DNA of 64,000 nucleotides from Candidatus Velthaea sp. (lineage in GTDB: Bacteria > Vulcanimicrobiota > Vulcanimicrobiia > Vulcanimicrobiales > Vulcanimicrobiaceae), in contig CBDCCS010000011.1 in the NCBI GenBank assembly GCA_965214935.1, positions 192,001-256,000 of the forward strand, given 5' to 3'. How positions within the stretch are numbered: the first letter of the stretch is position 1; every line of letters starts with the position of its first letter. Shown here piece by piece: positions 42,295 to 51,717 of the stretch. Under the pieces are notes generated by a model. That model had not been told where the DNA came from, did not search any database, and saw nothing but the letters and a program-made list of their open reading frames with translations. The position numbers and the translations under genes are program-made.

Positions 42295-43850
42295 GCGACC
42301 CAGTACCAATCGGCGAAAAGCACGGTGTACAATCCTAAGACGGGGAGCGAAAACGCAACGATCGCATTGTTCGCACTCGGTCGCGCTCCCCATAGCGCAA
42401 ACATGACGAACATCGGAAACAGCACGAGCGCGAAGCGCGGCATGCTCATCAGGCTCGAAGTCGACATCGGCACCAGAATCGACAGTGCCATGTAGACGGA
42501 ATAAGACGGCCGGACGCGCCGGAAGCCGGCGATCAACGCGCCGACCATGAGCGCCGTAAACGCCACTTCGAGCACATTATTCACCGCGACTTGCGGTATG
42601 CTGGTATGGCTTATGAGCGTCACGGCATGCGCAACGCTTTGCCACGGTGGTGCGAGATGGCGGTTCCAATGCTTTTGGACGGTCGAGAAATACAACGGAT
42701 CGCCGCGTAAAACCCACAGATACGCCATGTACGTCGCAAGTCCCAGCGGCACGAGGACGAGACCGATCGCCGGTCTCACTATGGCGGTGATCGGCGCTTT
42801 GAGCGCTTCTCTTAATGCCGCGCGCGGCGCCGGCGCGGCGGCGAAGACGGCGGTTAGCCACTCGATGAGGAACGGCGCGGCGAGCAGCACGCCTTCAACG
42901 CGCGTCAGTGCGGCGAAAAAACCGATGACTCCGGCCGCGATCCATTTGCGTTCGCGGATGTAGTAAAACGACGACACGGTGAGCGCGAAGAACAGCGACT
43001 CGCTATACACGGCTGAAAAGAAGACCGCGGTCGGAAAAATCGAGACATAAAAAGCGGCGCGATGCGCAACATGCCGGTCAAACTGGTGCTCGACGAGCTT
43101 GTAGAAGAAGAGCAGACCGCAAAAGCCGGCCGTACTCGAGATAAGCAGGCCGGCGACAAGATGATTCCCGGTCAACGCTCCGATCGCGCGGATTAGCAAC
43201 GGATACAGCGGAAAAAACGCCATTTCCGTTCCCGAGTAACCGTTCGTTGCGATGCCGATATAATGTTCGGCATCCCAGCGGCCCCAAACGGCAAGCGCCG
43301 GATTCGTCGATGCGGCATAGTGAATTCCGGGGCGCTGGCCGACGACGACGGCCGCAATCTCCGCAATGACGATAATCGAAAGGCGCGAGACGACGAACGT
43401 CACCGCAACGTCGCGCACGGTGCGATTGAAAATTGCGGCGATAACGATCTTGATGAGCGCAAACAAACCCAGCGCAAAAGCCACGCTGCGGCCCGTTGCA
43501 TTGGTTCCGAGCGGAAGCAGTAAGCCCGACCACATGACGATCAACGCCGTCCAGCTGATTGCGTCGTAGCGCAGCGCGCGTTCGTACGTCAAGCCGGTCC
43601 GGCGGGCAAAGTATGCCGAGAACAACTGCCAGACGCCGAGCGCTCCTGCGAACCCGGCGCTCAACGCGGCAAGGAAGCTTACTTCGAGAAAAGCAGCGCC
43701 GTGCTGCGCGCGAGAGATGAGCGCGTACCAGGCGAAGAAGCCGGTCGTTAATCCGCCCGCGCTGACCGCGCAGAGAGCGGGCCAGCCGGCGCGTTCGATA
43801 AGGACGCGCGGTGCAAGACGGACCGGCCCCCAAACGGCGGCGGTGTTCAC
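42291..43850 (-). CDS. PIG-V-like mannosyltransferase family membrane protein
   Basis: WDAEHY..IA..GY, AFFPLYP, YSESLF and PRF motifs. Confidence 0.85.
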   Translation of the reverse strand: MNTAAVWGPVRLAPRVLIERAGWPALCAVSAGGLTTGFFAWYALISRAQHGAAFLEVSFLAALSAGFAGALGVWQLFSAYFARRTGLTYERALRYDAISWTALIVMWSGLLLPLGTNATGRSVAFALGLFALIKIVIAAIFNRTVRDVAVTFVVSRLSIIVIAEIAAVVVGQRPGIHYAASTNPALAVWGRWDAEHYIGIATNGYSGTEMAFFPLYPLLIRAIGALTGNHLVAGLLISSTAGFCGLLFFYKLVEHQFDRHVAHRAAFYVSIFPTAVFFSAVYSESLFFALTVSSFYYIRERKWIAAGVIGFFAALTRVEGVLLAAPFLIEWLTAVFAAAPAPRAALREALKAPITAIVRPAIGLVLVPLGLATYMAYLWVLRGDPLYFSTVQKHWNRHLAPPWQSVAHAVTLISHTSIPQVAVNNVLEVAFTALMVGALIAGFRRVRPSYSVYMALSILVPMSTSSLMSMPRFALVLFPMFVMFALWGARPSANNAIVAFSLPVLGLYTVLFADWYWVA

Positions 43851-44051
43851 GCTGTTCGTTTTGGTTTTGCTCCGGCCCAACGCCTGCAATAACGGCTCGA
43901 CCGATAGAGCGCTGCGCGGCAGGAGGGGTTGAAGCAGGCTCGCGGCACGAACATGACCGGCCGTAACCGTCCGGTTCTCAAAACGTGTTCACCGATAGGG
44001 AGCGAAGCTGCAACGCCGGCGCTCCTCGCCCACGGAGTCTCCGCCCACACC

Positions 44052-45461
44052 ATGCAAACCTCATTCGATCTCATCGTCATCGGCGCCGGTTCAGGCGGCT
44101 ACGCCGCCGCCCGAACCGCCCGTGAACGTGGAGCATCGGTTGCAATCGTCGATCGCGGTCCGTTGGGCGGCTTGTGCATTTTGCGCGGTTGTATGCCGTC
44201 CAAGACGCTGATCGCAACGAGTGATGCGGCGTACGAAGTCGAGCACGCGGCCGAGCTCGGCGTGCATGCGGGGAAGGCGTTCGTCGACTTCCCGTTTATC
44301 ATGGCGCGCAAACAAGAGATCATCGCCGGCTTTACCGACTACCGGATCGCGGGTATCGAGACGTTCCCGATCTTTCGCGGGGATGCGCGCTTCACATCGC
44401 CCACGGAGTTGACCGTCGGCGACGTTGTCTTGACCGGGCGCGCGTTCGTTATAGCGACGGGCTCAGTCGTCGCGCCGCCGGCCATTCCGGGCTTAGCTGC
44501 CGCCGGCTATATCGACAGCGACGGCGCTCTCGAGCTTGCCGTACCGCCGAAATCAATGATCATCTTGGGCGGCGGCTACGTATCGACGGAACTCGGCCAG
44601 TTCTTTGCCCGAACGGGAACTGCCGTAACGGTCGTCATTCGCTCGAATCAGCTGCTATCGGGTGAAGATACCGACGTCGGTGAAGCGCTGACGCAATATT
44701 TGCGAGAAGACGGCATTACCATTGAAACGGGTGCTCTCGTGCAGCGCGTGAGCGTCACGTCCGACGGCCGCAAAAGCGTTCACTTCGTGCGCGACGGCGT
44801 CGAATCGAGCGTCAGCGCCGACGAAATCTTTTATGCCCTCGGGCGCGTTCCCAACATTGACGGCCTCGGACTCGAGATTGCCGGCGTTCGGGCGCACAAC
44901 ATCCGCGGCATCGAAGTCGATCAAACATTGCGCACCTCCAATAGCAGTATCTTCGCCGTCGGGGATGTTACCGGTCAATTCCTACTCGTTCACGTTGCAA
45001 TTCAGCAGGGCGAAGTGGCGGCGCGCAATGCGATCGACGGCGGCAATGAAAAGATTGACTATGCGCTGTCCAAAGCGCATACGATTTTTTCCGATCCGCA
45101 AGTCGGCATCGCGGGCAACACGGAAAAAGAGTTGCTTGCCGCCGGCGTTGCGTACGTCAAGGCGACCTATCCGTTCAACGATCTCGGTAAAGCCATTTCG
45201 ATCGGCAAGACAAAGGGCTTTGTGAAGATGCTCGCATCACCGCTCGACGGCAAAATTCTCGGCGTCGCGATCGTCGGCGCAAACGCTTCGGATCTCATCC
45301 ATGTCCCGATTACGGCGATGGCGTTCGGGTCAACGGTTTTCGACTATGTGAAGATCCCGCATCTGCATCCGACGATGGCTGAGATCCTCACCTATCCGGC
45401 CGAAGAGCTCAGCGAAATGATCGGCGCATCGCCGGCGATCTCACTCGCCGTCGCGCGGTGA
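44052..45461 (+). CDS. Pyridine nucleotide-disulfide oxidoreductase (dihydrolipoyl dehydrogenase family)
   Basis: GAGSGG, redox-active CILRGC and HPT motifs. Confidence 0.9.
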   Translation: MQTSFDLIVIGAGSGGYAAARTARERGASVAIVDRGPLGGLCILRGCMPSKTLIATSDAAYEVEHAAELGVHAGKAFVDFPFIMARKQEIIAGFTDYRIAGIETFPIFRGDARFTSPTELTVGDVVLTGRAFVIATGSVVAPPAIPGLAAAGYIDSDGALELAVPPKSMIILGGGYVSTELGQFFARTGTAVTVVIRSNQLLSGEDTDVGEALTQYLREDGITIETGALVQRVSVTSDGRKSVHFVRDGVESSVSADEIFYALGRVPNIDGLGLEIAGVRAHNIRGIEVDQTLRTSNSSIFAVGDVTGQFLLVHVAIQQGEVAARNAIDGGNEKIDYALSKAHTIFSDPQVGIAGNTEKELLAAGVAYVKATYPFNDLGKAISIGKTKGFVKMLASPLDGKILGVAIVGANASDLIHVPITAMAFGSTVFDYVKIPHLHPTMAEILTYPAEELSEMIGASPAISLAVAR

Positions 45462-46375
45462 AGCACGACGCGCCCCCGCGTGCTTGCCTCGACGTAGCGA
45501 TCGTTCAATTTAAACCGATCAAGGGCGATATTGCCGCGAACGTCGCCGCATTGCAAGCCGTGTTCGCGCAACTTGCCGACGAGCGGCAACCGCACATTAT
45601 CGCGTTGCCTGAAGCGTGTCTGACCGGTTACTTCCTCGAAGGCGCCGTCTACGAGCTTGCGTTGAGCGTGCCGGCATTTGCGCGGCTGCTTCAGGCCGCG
45701 TGGCTCGCGGCGGCCGGCCCGGTTGCAAGGGTTGACGTCGTGTGCGGCTTTTTTGAGAACGACGGCGGTACGTATTACAACAGCGCGATGTACGTGACGC
45801 TCGGCGCCGGCGAGCCGATCGTCAAACACGTTTATCGCAAAATGTTCTTACCGACCTACGGTGTGTTCGATGAGGAGCGTTTCGTTTCGCGCGGCCGTCA
45901 TCTCGGCGTGTTCGAATCGGCGTTCGGTACCGCCGCGGTGCTCATTTGTGAAGATGCGTGGCACGCGATCATGCCGACGATCGCGGCGCTCAAAGGTGCG
46001 CGTATTCTGTTCGTTCCGAGTGCGTCGCCGGGCCGCGGGCTTTCGAGCAACGGCGAACTCGAGAGCGTCGCTCGCTGGAAATCATTGCTGCGCGCCTATG
46101 CATCGGAGCACGGCGTCTATATCGTGTATGCCGGACTTACCGGATTCGAAGGCGGCAAAGGTATGGCCGGATCGAGTTGCGTCGTGGCGCCTAGCGGCGC
46201 GCTCGTCGTCGAAGCACCGGCCCTCGATGCATGCATCGTCCGCGCAAGCCTCGACCCGGCTGAAATCGACGTCGCTCGCGCCACCTTGCCGCTGCTCGGA
46301 AATTTATCCGCCGTTCTACCCGACTTGTGGTACGACAAGGAGATCCCGTTGCCCAGATTTGCGATCGAGGGTTAA
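45458..46375 (+). CDS. Nitrilase-family C-N hydrolase, likely the glutaminase subunit of NAD synthetase
   Basis: PE...GY, KMFLPTYGVFDEERF and ICEDAW (E-K-C triad); adjacent to nadE. Confidence 0.88.
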   Translation: MKHDAPPRACLDVAIVQFKPIKGDIAANVAALQAVFAQLADERQPHIIALPEACLTGYFLEGAVYELALSVPAFARLLQAAWLAAAGPVARVDVVCGFFENDGGTYYNSAMYVTLGAGEPIVKHVYRKMFLPTYGVFDEERFVSRGRHLGVFESAFGTAAVLICEDAWHAIMPTIAALKGARILFVPSASPGRGLSSNGELESVARWKSLLRAYASEHGVYIVYAGLTGFEGGKGMAGSSCVVAPSGALVVEAPALDACIVRASLDPAEIDVARATLPLLGNLSAVLPDLWYDKEIPLPRFAIEG

Positions 46376-46378
46376 GCG

Positions 46379-47230
46379 ATGTTACCGGTAATCGAGGCGC
46401 GAGCGGCCGATCCGGCCGACGCTCTGGCAATCGATCCGCCGATGACCGCACAATGGCTCGAGTCATTTTTGCGCGATGAATTGATTCGGCGGCGCGGCAT
46501 CGGGCGAGCCGTCTTTGGTTTGAGCGGCGGTATCGATTCGGCAGTCGTCGCCTATCTCTGTGCGCGTGCGCTGGGACCTGACAACGTGTTTGCCATCCGG
46601 ATGCCGTACCGGAGTTCGAGCGCGGATAGTTTGCACGACGCGCAACTCGTCATCGATGCGCTCGGCATTCAATCCCAGACGCTCGAGATTAGCGATGCGG
46701 TGGACGGATATTTGCGGCATGCGCCCGACGCCGACGCACGGCGCAGAGGCAACGTCATGGCACGGATGCGGATGTTGACGCTGTTCGATCAATCCGCAAA
46801 GCTCGGTGCCTTACCGATCGGCACCGGTAACAAAACCGAGCGGCTCATGGGGTATTTCACTTGGCATGCCGACGATTCGCCGCCGGTGAATCCGATCGGC
46901 GATCTATTTAAAACGCAGGTTTGGGCGCTGGCTCGCTATTTAGGCGTACCGGTGCGTGTAATCGATAAAGCGCCCAGCGCCGATCTCGAAGCGGATCAGA
47001 CCGATGAGAGCGATCTCGGCATTACCTACGCAAAGGCGGATCAAATCTTGAGTCTTATCTTAACTGGTTACAGCGATGCGGCACTCGCCGCTCGCGGCTT
47101 TGCCGCGGGTGACATCACGCTGGTCCGCAAGCGAGTCGACGGCACGCACTGGAAGCGCCATCTTCCAACGACGGCACTCGTATCGAGCACGGCGATCAAC
47201 GAATTCTATCTGCGCCCGGTTGATTTCTAA
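46379..47230 (+). CDS. nadE: NAD+ synthetase
   Basis: GLSGGIDS, GNVMARMRM, TGNKTE and PSADL motifs. Confidence 0.95.
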   Translation: MLPVIEARAADPADALAIDPPMTAQWLESFLRDELIRRRGIGRAVFGLSGGIDSAVVAYLCARALGPDNVFAIRMPYRSSSADSLHDAQLVIDALGIQSQTLEISDAVDGYLRHAPDADARRRGNVMARMRMLTLFDQSAKLGALPIGTGNKTERLMGYFTWHADDSPPVNPIGDLFKTQVWALARYLGVPVRVIDKAPSADLEADQTDESDLGITYAKADQILSLILTGYSDAALAARGFAAGDITLVRKRVDGTHWKRHLPTTALVSSTAINEFYLRPVDF

Positions 47231-47231
47231 G

Positions 47232-47861
47232 ATGCTTGCAGCGAAAATCGGTCCGGAGGTTTTGCCGCCGGCGTTTTTTCCGGTCAGCTTGAACCTCGTC
47301 GGCCGCAAATGCATCGTCATTGGTGCAGCCGACGACCGCGAGGCCATCGAAAAGGATGAGGCCCTGCGTGAAGTCGGTGCGGAGGTTATCTGGATTCAAG
47401 ATTATGCGAACTTGCGCGATGACGACGTCAGCGACGCCTACTTCGTCATCTCGACGCCGCAGGAAGAGCCGCTGGCAGCGCGTTTACGCACGCTGGCCGA
47501 TCGTTATAAATTTTTACTTTGCGCGATCGATCAGCCGAAATACGGCTTCGTCGCAATGGCGGCGATCGTGAAATCGGGACGCGCGCGCATTTCGATTTCG
47601 ACCGGCGGCGTTGCGCCGCGTGTCGGCGGAAAATTGCGCGCCGCATTGCAAGAAGCGCTCGACGGGACCTTCGCCCGCTTCCTCGAGTGCTTTGCAAATC
47701 AGCGTCGTTTAGCCCGCGTCAACCTCGCCGAGTCGGCCGGCCGGCGTGCGATCATGATCAAGGCGGCCGACGGTTTTGACGTCGAGATCCGCCTAACGTA
47801 TCCGCAATGGTTTAAGGACGAACTCCGCCGGCTCGGACCGGCGGTCGTCGGCGAAGATTAG
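47232..47861 (+). CDS. Precorrin-2 dehydrogenase/ferrochelatase-like protein (SirC/Met8/CysG N-terminal)
   Basis: FPVSLNLVGRKCIVIG and ISISTGGVAP motifs. Confidence 0.75.
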   Translation: MLAAKIGPEVLPPAFFPVSLNLVGRKCIVIGAADDREAIEKDEALREVGAEVIWIQDYANLRDDDVSDAYFVISTPQEEPLAARLRTLADRYKFLLCAIDQPKYGFVAMAAIVKSGRARISISTGGVAPRVGGKLRAALQEALDGTFARFLECFANQRRLARVNLAESAGRRAIMIKAADGFDVEIRLTYPQWFKDELRRLGPAVVGED

Positions 47862-48103
47862 CGGCGGGTTGTAACGCTCGAACTCGACGAACGCGTTGCT
47901 TGCGCGCGCTTGTCCGAGAAAATCGCCGCCCCGATGGCCAACAGGCCGCCGATGGCAAGCAGCCAGACGACGAGAAAGCCGATTGCCGGGGACGAATTGT
48001 CGACGGCCATGGTGGTGTCTTGCGCGAAGACGGCAACCGGCGCGAATGCGGCGGCAACGATGGCACCGGCGTTGAGCAGACGGCTGGAAAGCGTATTCAT
48101 CAT
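47858..48103 (-). CDS. Small membrane protein (signal peptide plus one TM)
   Basis: AVFA-Q cleavage-like site; clear promoter upstream. Confidence 0.65.
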   Translation of the reverse strand: MMNTLSSRLLNAGAIVAAAFAPVAVFAQDTTMAVDNSSPAIGFLVVWLLAIGGLLAIGAAIFSDKRAQATRSSSSSVTTRR

Positions 48104-48111
48104 ATGCTCTG

Positions 48112-48142
48112 GTTATACCACGAAACGACAAAAGTAAGTCAA
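48112..48142 (-). promoter_or_regulatory. Sigma70-type extended -10 promoter, near-leaderless
   Basis: Minus strand TTGACT-N16-TGgTATAAC, 8 nt before ATG48103. Confidence 0.55.
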
Positions 48143-48304
48143 TCGCGCGGACAGGTGCACGAACTTTCTTCGACCGGAGCTGCCACGGAGCGGCCTGCTC
48201 CGGTAGCGCTACTTTGACGCCGCACGACGCGTTGACGGCGGGCCGGCCACGACGTGGACCAGCGAGCACAGGACGCGCTTCACGCGCAAAGTAAGATCAC
48301 GTGA

Positions 48305-51300
48305 ATGAAGCGCCGCGTACTCGTAACGCTCTGTTTGCTTACGTTCTTTGCGACTGCGGGCTTTGCTGCGGAGAGCCGTACGACGCCGCTGCTGTTGCAG
48401 AGTCCGACGATTAGCCGCGATGCGATCGCGTTTGCCTACGGCGGGAGTATTTGGATCGTCGGCCGCAACGGCGGTCGCGCGCACGCACTCGTCTCGAACG
48501 TCGATGTCGATGCGCTGCGCTTTTCGCCCGACGGTACGAAACTTGCTTATTCCGCAGCCCAAGACGGCTTGGTACGCGTGTACGTCGTCGATGCGAGCGG
48601 CGGCGAACCGCATCGTCTGGTGTCGCATCCGGCCGGTGCGACGGTCGCCGGCTGGACGCCCGATGGCCGCTCGGTATTGTTCGCATCATCGATGGCGAGC
48701 CCCACCGATCCGCGCCAGCTCTTTACCGTGCCGCTCGACGGCGGATATCCGACGCGCTTACCGCTGCCGATGGCGGAAAGCGGAAGCTATTCAGCCGACG
48801 GCACCCACTTGGCATACGTCCCGAATTTTCGCTGGGAGCCGTTTTGGCGCGGTTATCGCGGCGGACAAACGACGCCGATCTACCTCGCCGACTTGGCCGA
48901 CTCCAGCATCGTGCCGATTCCACGCGATAACTCGAACGACGACTCGCCGATGTGGCTCGACGATACCGTCTACTTTCTATCCGACCGCAGCGGGCCCGTC
49001 ACGCTCTTTGCCTACGACGTCCGGTCAGGCCGAGTCTCGCGCACGATTGCGAACAGCGGCATCGATGTAACGTCCGCATCGCAAGGCCCCGGTGCCATCG
49101 TGTACGCGCAATTCGGCGCGTTGCACGTCTACGACGTGCGGACGCGCGCCGACCGCGCAATTCCTATTTCGCTCGACGCCGACTTGCCGCAGACACGCCC
49201 GCATTGGGAAAAAGTCGGAACTCACATTGAGAACGCCGACATATCGCCGTCCGGCATTCGCGCGGTCTTCGAGGCGCGCGGCACGATCTTTAGCGTCCCC
49301 GCCGAACACGGCGACGTCCGTACGATCAGTGGACCGTCGAACGTCGCTAATCGCGATCCGGCTTGGTCGCCCGACGGCAAGTCGATTGCCTATTTTAGCG
49401 ACAAGTCGGGTGAATATCAGCTCGTCATTCGCGATCAGCGCGCGCTCGCGGCGCCGCGGTATATTTCACTCGGCGCAGCGCCGTCGTTCTATTACGCGCC
49501 GCGCTGGTCGCCCGACAGCAAGCGAATTGCCTATACCGATAAACATCTCAACCTCTGGACGGTCGAGCGCGCGAATCCGATTCCGCGAAAAATCGCTCGA
49601 GCGCGGTTCGAGGCTTTCGGCGCGCAAACGTTCGCTGCCGCGTGGTCGCCCGATAGTCGCTGGCTTGTCTACGCAATGCAACTTCCGACATACTTGCACG
49701 CCGTATTCGTTTACGATTTTTTAACCCGAACGACGCATCAAATCACCGACGGCATGAGCGATGTCAACGCGCCGCGCTTCGATGCGAGCGGAAAGTATCT
49801 GTATTTCACGTCGAGCACGAATACGGGTCTGACATCGGCGGGACTCGACATGGTCAGCGACGGCCAATCGGTGACGAGCCGGATTTTCGCCGCCGTGCTG
49901 CAAGCCGACGTGCCTTCACCGGTGAAACCGCAATCGAGCGACGAGAACGCGGCGGCGGCGGGCAGTGGGCCGCTCAGCGACGAGCCCGAAACGCTTGCCG
50001 ATCAACCGTCCCCGCCTCCGTCGCCCGCCCCCGTTCCGACGCCGGGCCAAACTCTCGGCGGCGCGATCGGCTCGGCAAAACGGCCTTCGCCGGCAGTTGC
50101 GGTTCGGATCGACTTCACCGGCTTGTCGCAGCGCATCGTTGCGCTGCCGATTCCCGCCGCGAACTATATCGACATCGCCGCGGGGAAGACGGGCGAACTC
50201 TACCTGACGTCGATGCCCGCCGCTCCGCCCGATGAAGAGCCGGCGACCGTAAACGTCGAGCGCTTCGACCTCGCCAGCCGTAAGATCACGCCATTCGTTG
50301 CCGGTGTCTCCGCGTTCACGCTGGCGGCGCGCGGAACGACGGCGCTGTATGCACGCGGCGATCGCTGGTTCATCGCGCCGACTGCAAAAGCGCCCGAAGG
50401 CGGCGCACCGATCGCAACGGCGGCGATGGAGAAGTACGTCGAGCCCCGGGCGCAGTGGCAGCAAGAGTATCACGAGGTCTGGCGCATCGAACGCGATTTC
50501 TTCTACGATCCGCACTATCACGGCCTCGATCTGCAAGCCGCCGAGCAACGCTTTGCGCCGTATCTCGCGGGCGTTGCATCGCGACGCGATTTTACGTTTC
50601 TCCTGCGCGAGATGCTCAGTTATCTCTCGGTCGGACACATGTTCGTCCGGGGCGGCGACTCGGCGCCGATCAATCGGGTCAATGTCGGTTTGCTCGGCGC
50701 CGATTACACGGTCGACCAGGGCCGCTACCGTTTTGCGAAGATTTATGGCGGCCTCAATTGGGATCCCGAGCTGAGTGCGCCCTTGACGCAGCCGGGGCTC
50801 GACGTCCAAGCCGGACAGTATCTCCTGGGCGTCAACGGACGCGAACTCCACGCGAGCGACGACGTGTATGCGGCATTCGAGGAAACCGCCGGAAAAGAAA
50901 CGACGATCCGCGTCGGCGCGCATGCTGACGGAACGGACGCGCGTGAAATCGTCGTCACTCCGGTTGCCAGCGAATTTCCGCTGCGCAATTACGATTGGGT
51001 CGAACACAATCGGCGAGAAGTCGACCGGCTCAGCGGCGGAAAGATCGGCTACGTCTACATGCCCGATACGCAACAAGCCGGATTCTCGAATTTCAACCGC
51101 TATTTTTTCGCGCAGATCGACAAACCGGGGGTCATCATCGACGAGCGCTTCAATCACGGCGGGCAAATCGCCGATTACGTCGTCGATTATTTGAGCCGCA
51201 AGCCGCAAAGTGTCGTGCAATCGCGCGACGGACAGACGGAGATCGATCCGCCGCTGGCGATTTACGGCCCCAAAGTCATGCTGATCAATCAGTTCGCCGG

Positions 51301-51664
51301 GTCGGGCGGCGACGCGCTGCCGTGGTATTTTCGGCGCGCCCATTTGGGTCCGCTCGTCGGCGTTCGCACGTGGGGCGGCTTAGTCGGTATCGGCGGTTAT
51401 CCGCGCCTGATCGACGGCGGAACGGTGACGGCGCCGCGGGTCGGAATCGGCGGTCTGCACGGCGAGTGGGAAGTGGAGAACCACGGCATCGCACCGGATA
51501 TCGACGTCATGCAAGATCCCAAACTCGTGCGCGCCGGACACGATCCGCAGCTCGAAGCGGGCGTTCGAGAAGCGCTGCGCTTGCTGCGCGAACATCCGCT
51601 GCCGACGTACCGTCACCCGCCGTATCCCGACCACAAACCGGTGTTGCCGCCGCCCGTGCCGTAG
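48305..51664 (+). CDS. Tricorn-like S41 protease (beta-propellers, PDZ)
   Basis: WSPD repeats, DERFNHGG, GSGGD and RTWGG motifs; signal peptide. Confidence 0.93.
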   Translation: MKRRVLVTLCLLTFFATAGFAAESRTTPLLLQSPTISRDAIAFAYGGSIWIVGRNGGRAHALVSNVDVDALRFSPDGTKLAYSAAQDGLVRVYVVDASGGEPHRLVSHPAGATVAGWTPDGRSVLFASSMASPTDPRQLFTVPLDGGYPTRLPLPMAESGSYSADGTHLAYVPNFRWEPFWRGYRGGQTTPIYLADLADSSIVPIPRDNSNDDSPMWLDDTVYFLSDRSGPVTLFAYDVRSGRVSRTIANSGIDVTSASQGPGAIVYAQFGALHVYDVRTRADRAIPISLDADLPQTRPHWEKVGTHIENADISPSGIRAVFEARGTIFSVPAEHGDVRTISGPSNVANRDPAWSPDGKSIAYFSDKSGEYQLVIRDQRALAAPRYISLGAAPSFYYAPRWSPDSKRIAYTDKHLNLWTVERANPIPRKIARARFEAFGAQTFAAAWSPDSRWLVYAMQLPTYLHAVFVYDFLTRTTHQITDGMSDVNAPRFDASGKYLYFTSSTNTGLTSAGLDMVSDGQSVTSRIFAAVLQADVPSPVKPQSSDENAAAAGSGPLSDEPETLADQPSPPPSPAPVPTPGQTLGGAIGSAKRPSPAVAVRIDFTGLSQRIVALPIPAANYIDIAAGKTGELYLTSMPAAPPDEEPATVNVERFDLASRKITPFVAGVSAFTLAARGTTALYARGDRWFIAPTAKAPEGGAPIATAAMEKYVEPRAQWQQEYHEVWRIERDFFYDPHYHGLDLQAAEQRFAPYLAGVASRRDFTFLLREMLSYLSVGHMFVRGGDSAPINRVNVGLLGADYTVDQGRYRFAKIYGGLNWDPELSAPLTQPGLDVQAGQYLLGVNGRELHASDDVYAAFEETAGKETTIRVGAHADGTDAREIVVTPVASEFPLRNYDWVEHNRREVDRLSGGKIGYVYMPDTQQAGFSNFNRYFFAQIDKPGVIIDERFNHGGQIADYVVDYLSRKPQSVVQSRDGQTEIDPPLAIYGPKVMLINQFAGSGGDALPWYFRRAHLGPLVGVRTWGGLVGIGGYPRLIDGGTVTAPRVGIGGLHGEWEVENHGIAPDIDVMQDPKLVRAGHDPQLEAGVREALRLLREHPLPTYRHPPYPDHKPVLPPPVP

Positions 51665-51717
51665 CGGCGCGGCGCTGCGTCAAACGGGCAAAAGCGCCAA
51701 GCGCGGAATGGACTGGC

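Noticed and set aside
44052..45461. Mercuric reductase MerA
   Set aside because: No C-terminal Cys-Cys pair, no N-terminal HMA domain and no mer genes nearby
49916..51343. Long antisense or alternate-frame ORFs (e.g. 49916-51343, 59203-60336, 33248-34306, 13475-14587)
   Set aside because: Shadow ORFs of well-supported genes in GC-rich DNA, with no recognisable motifs
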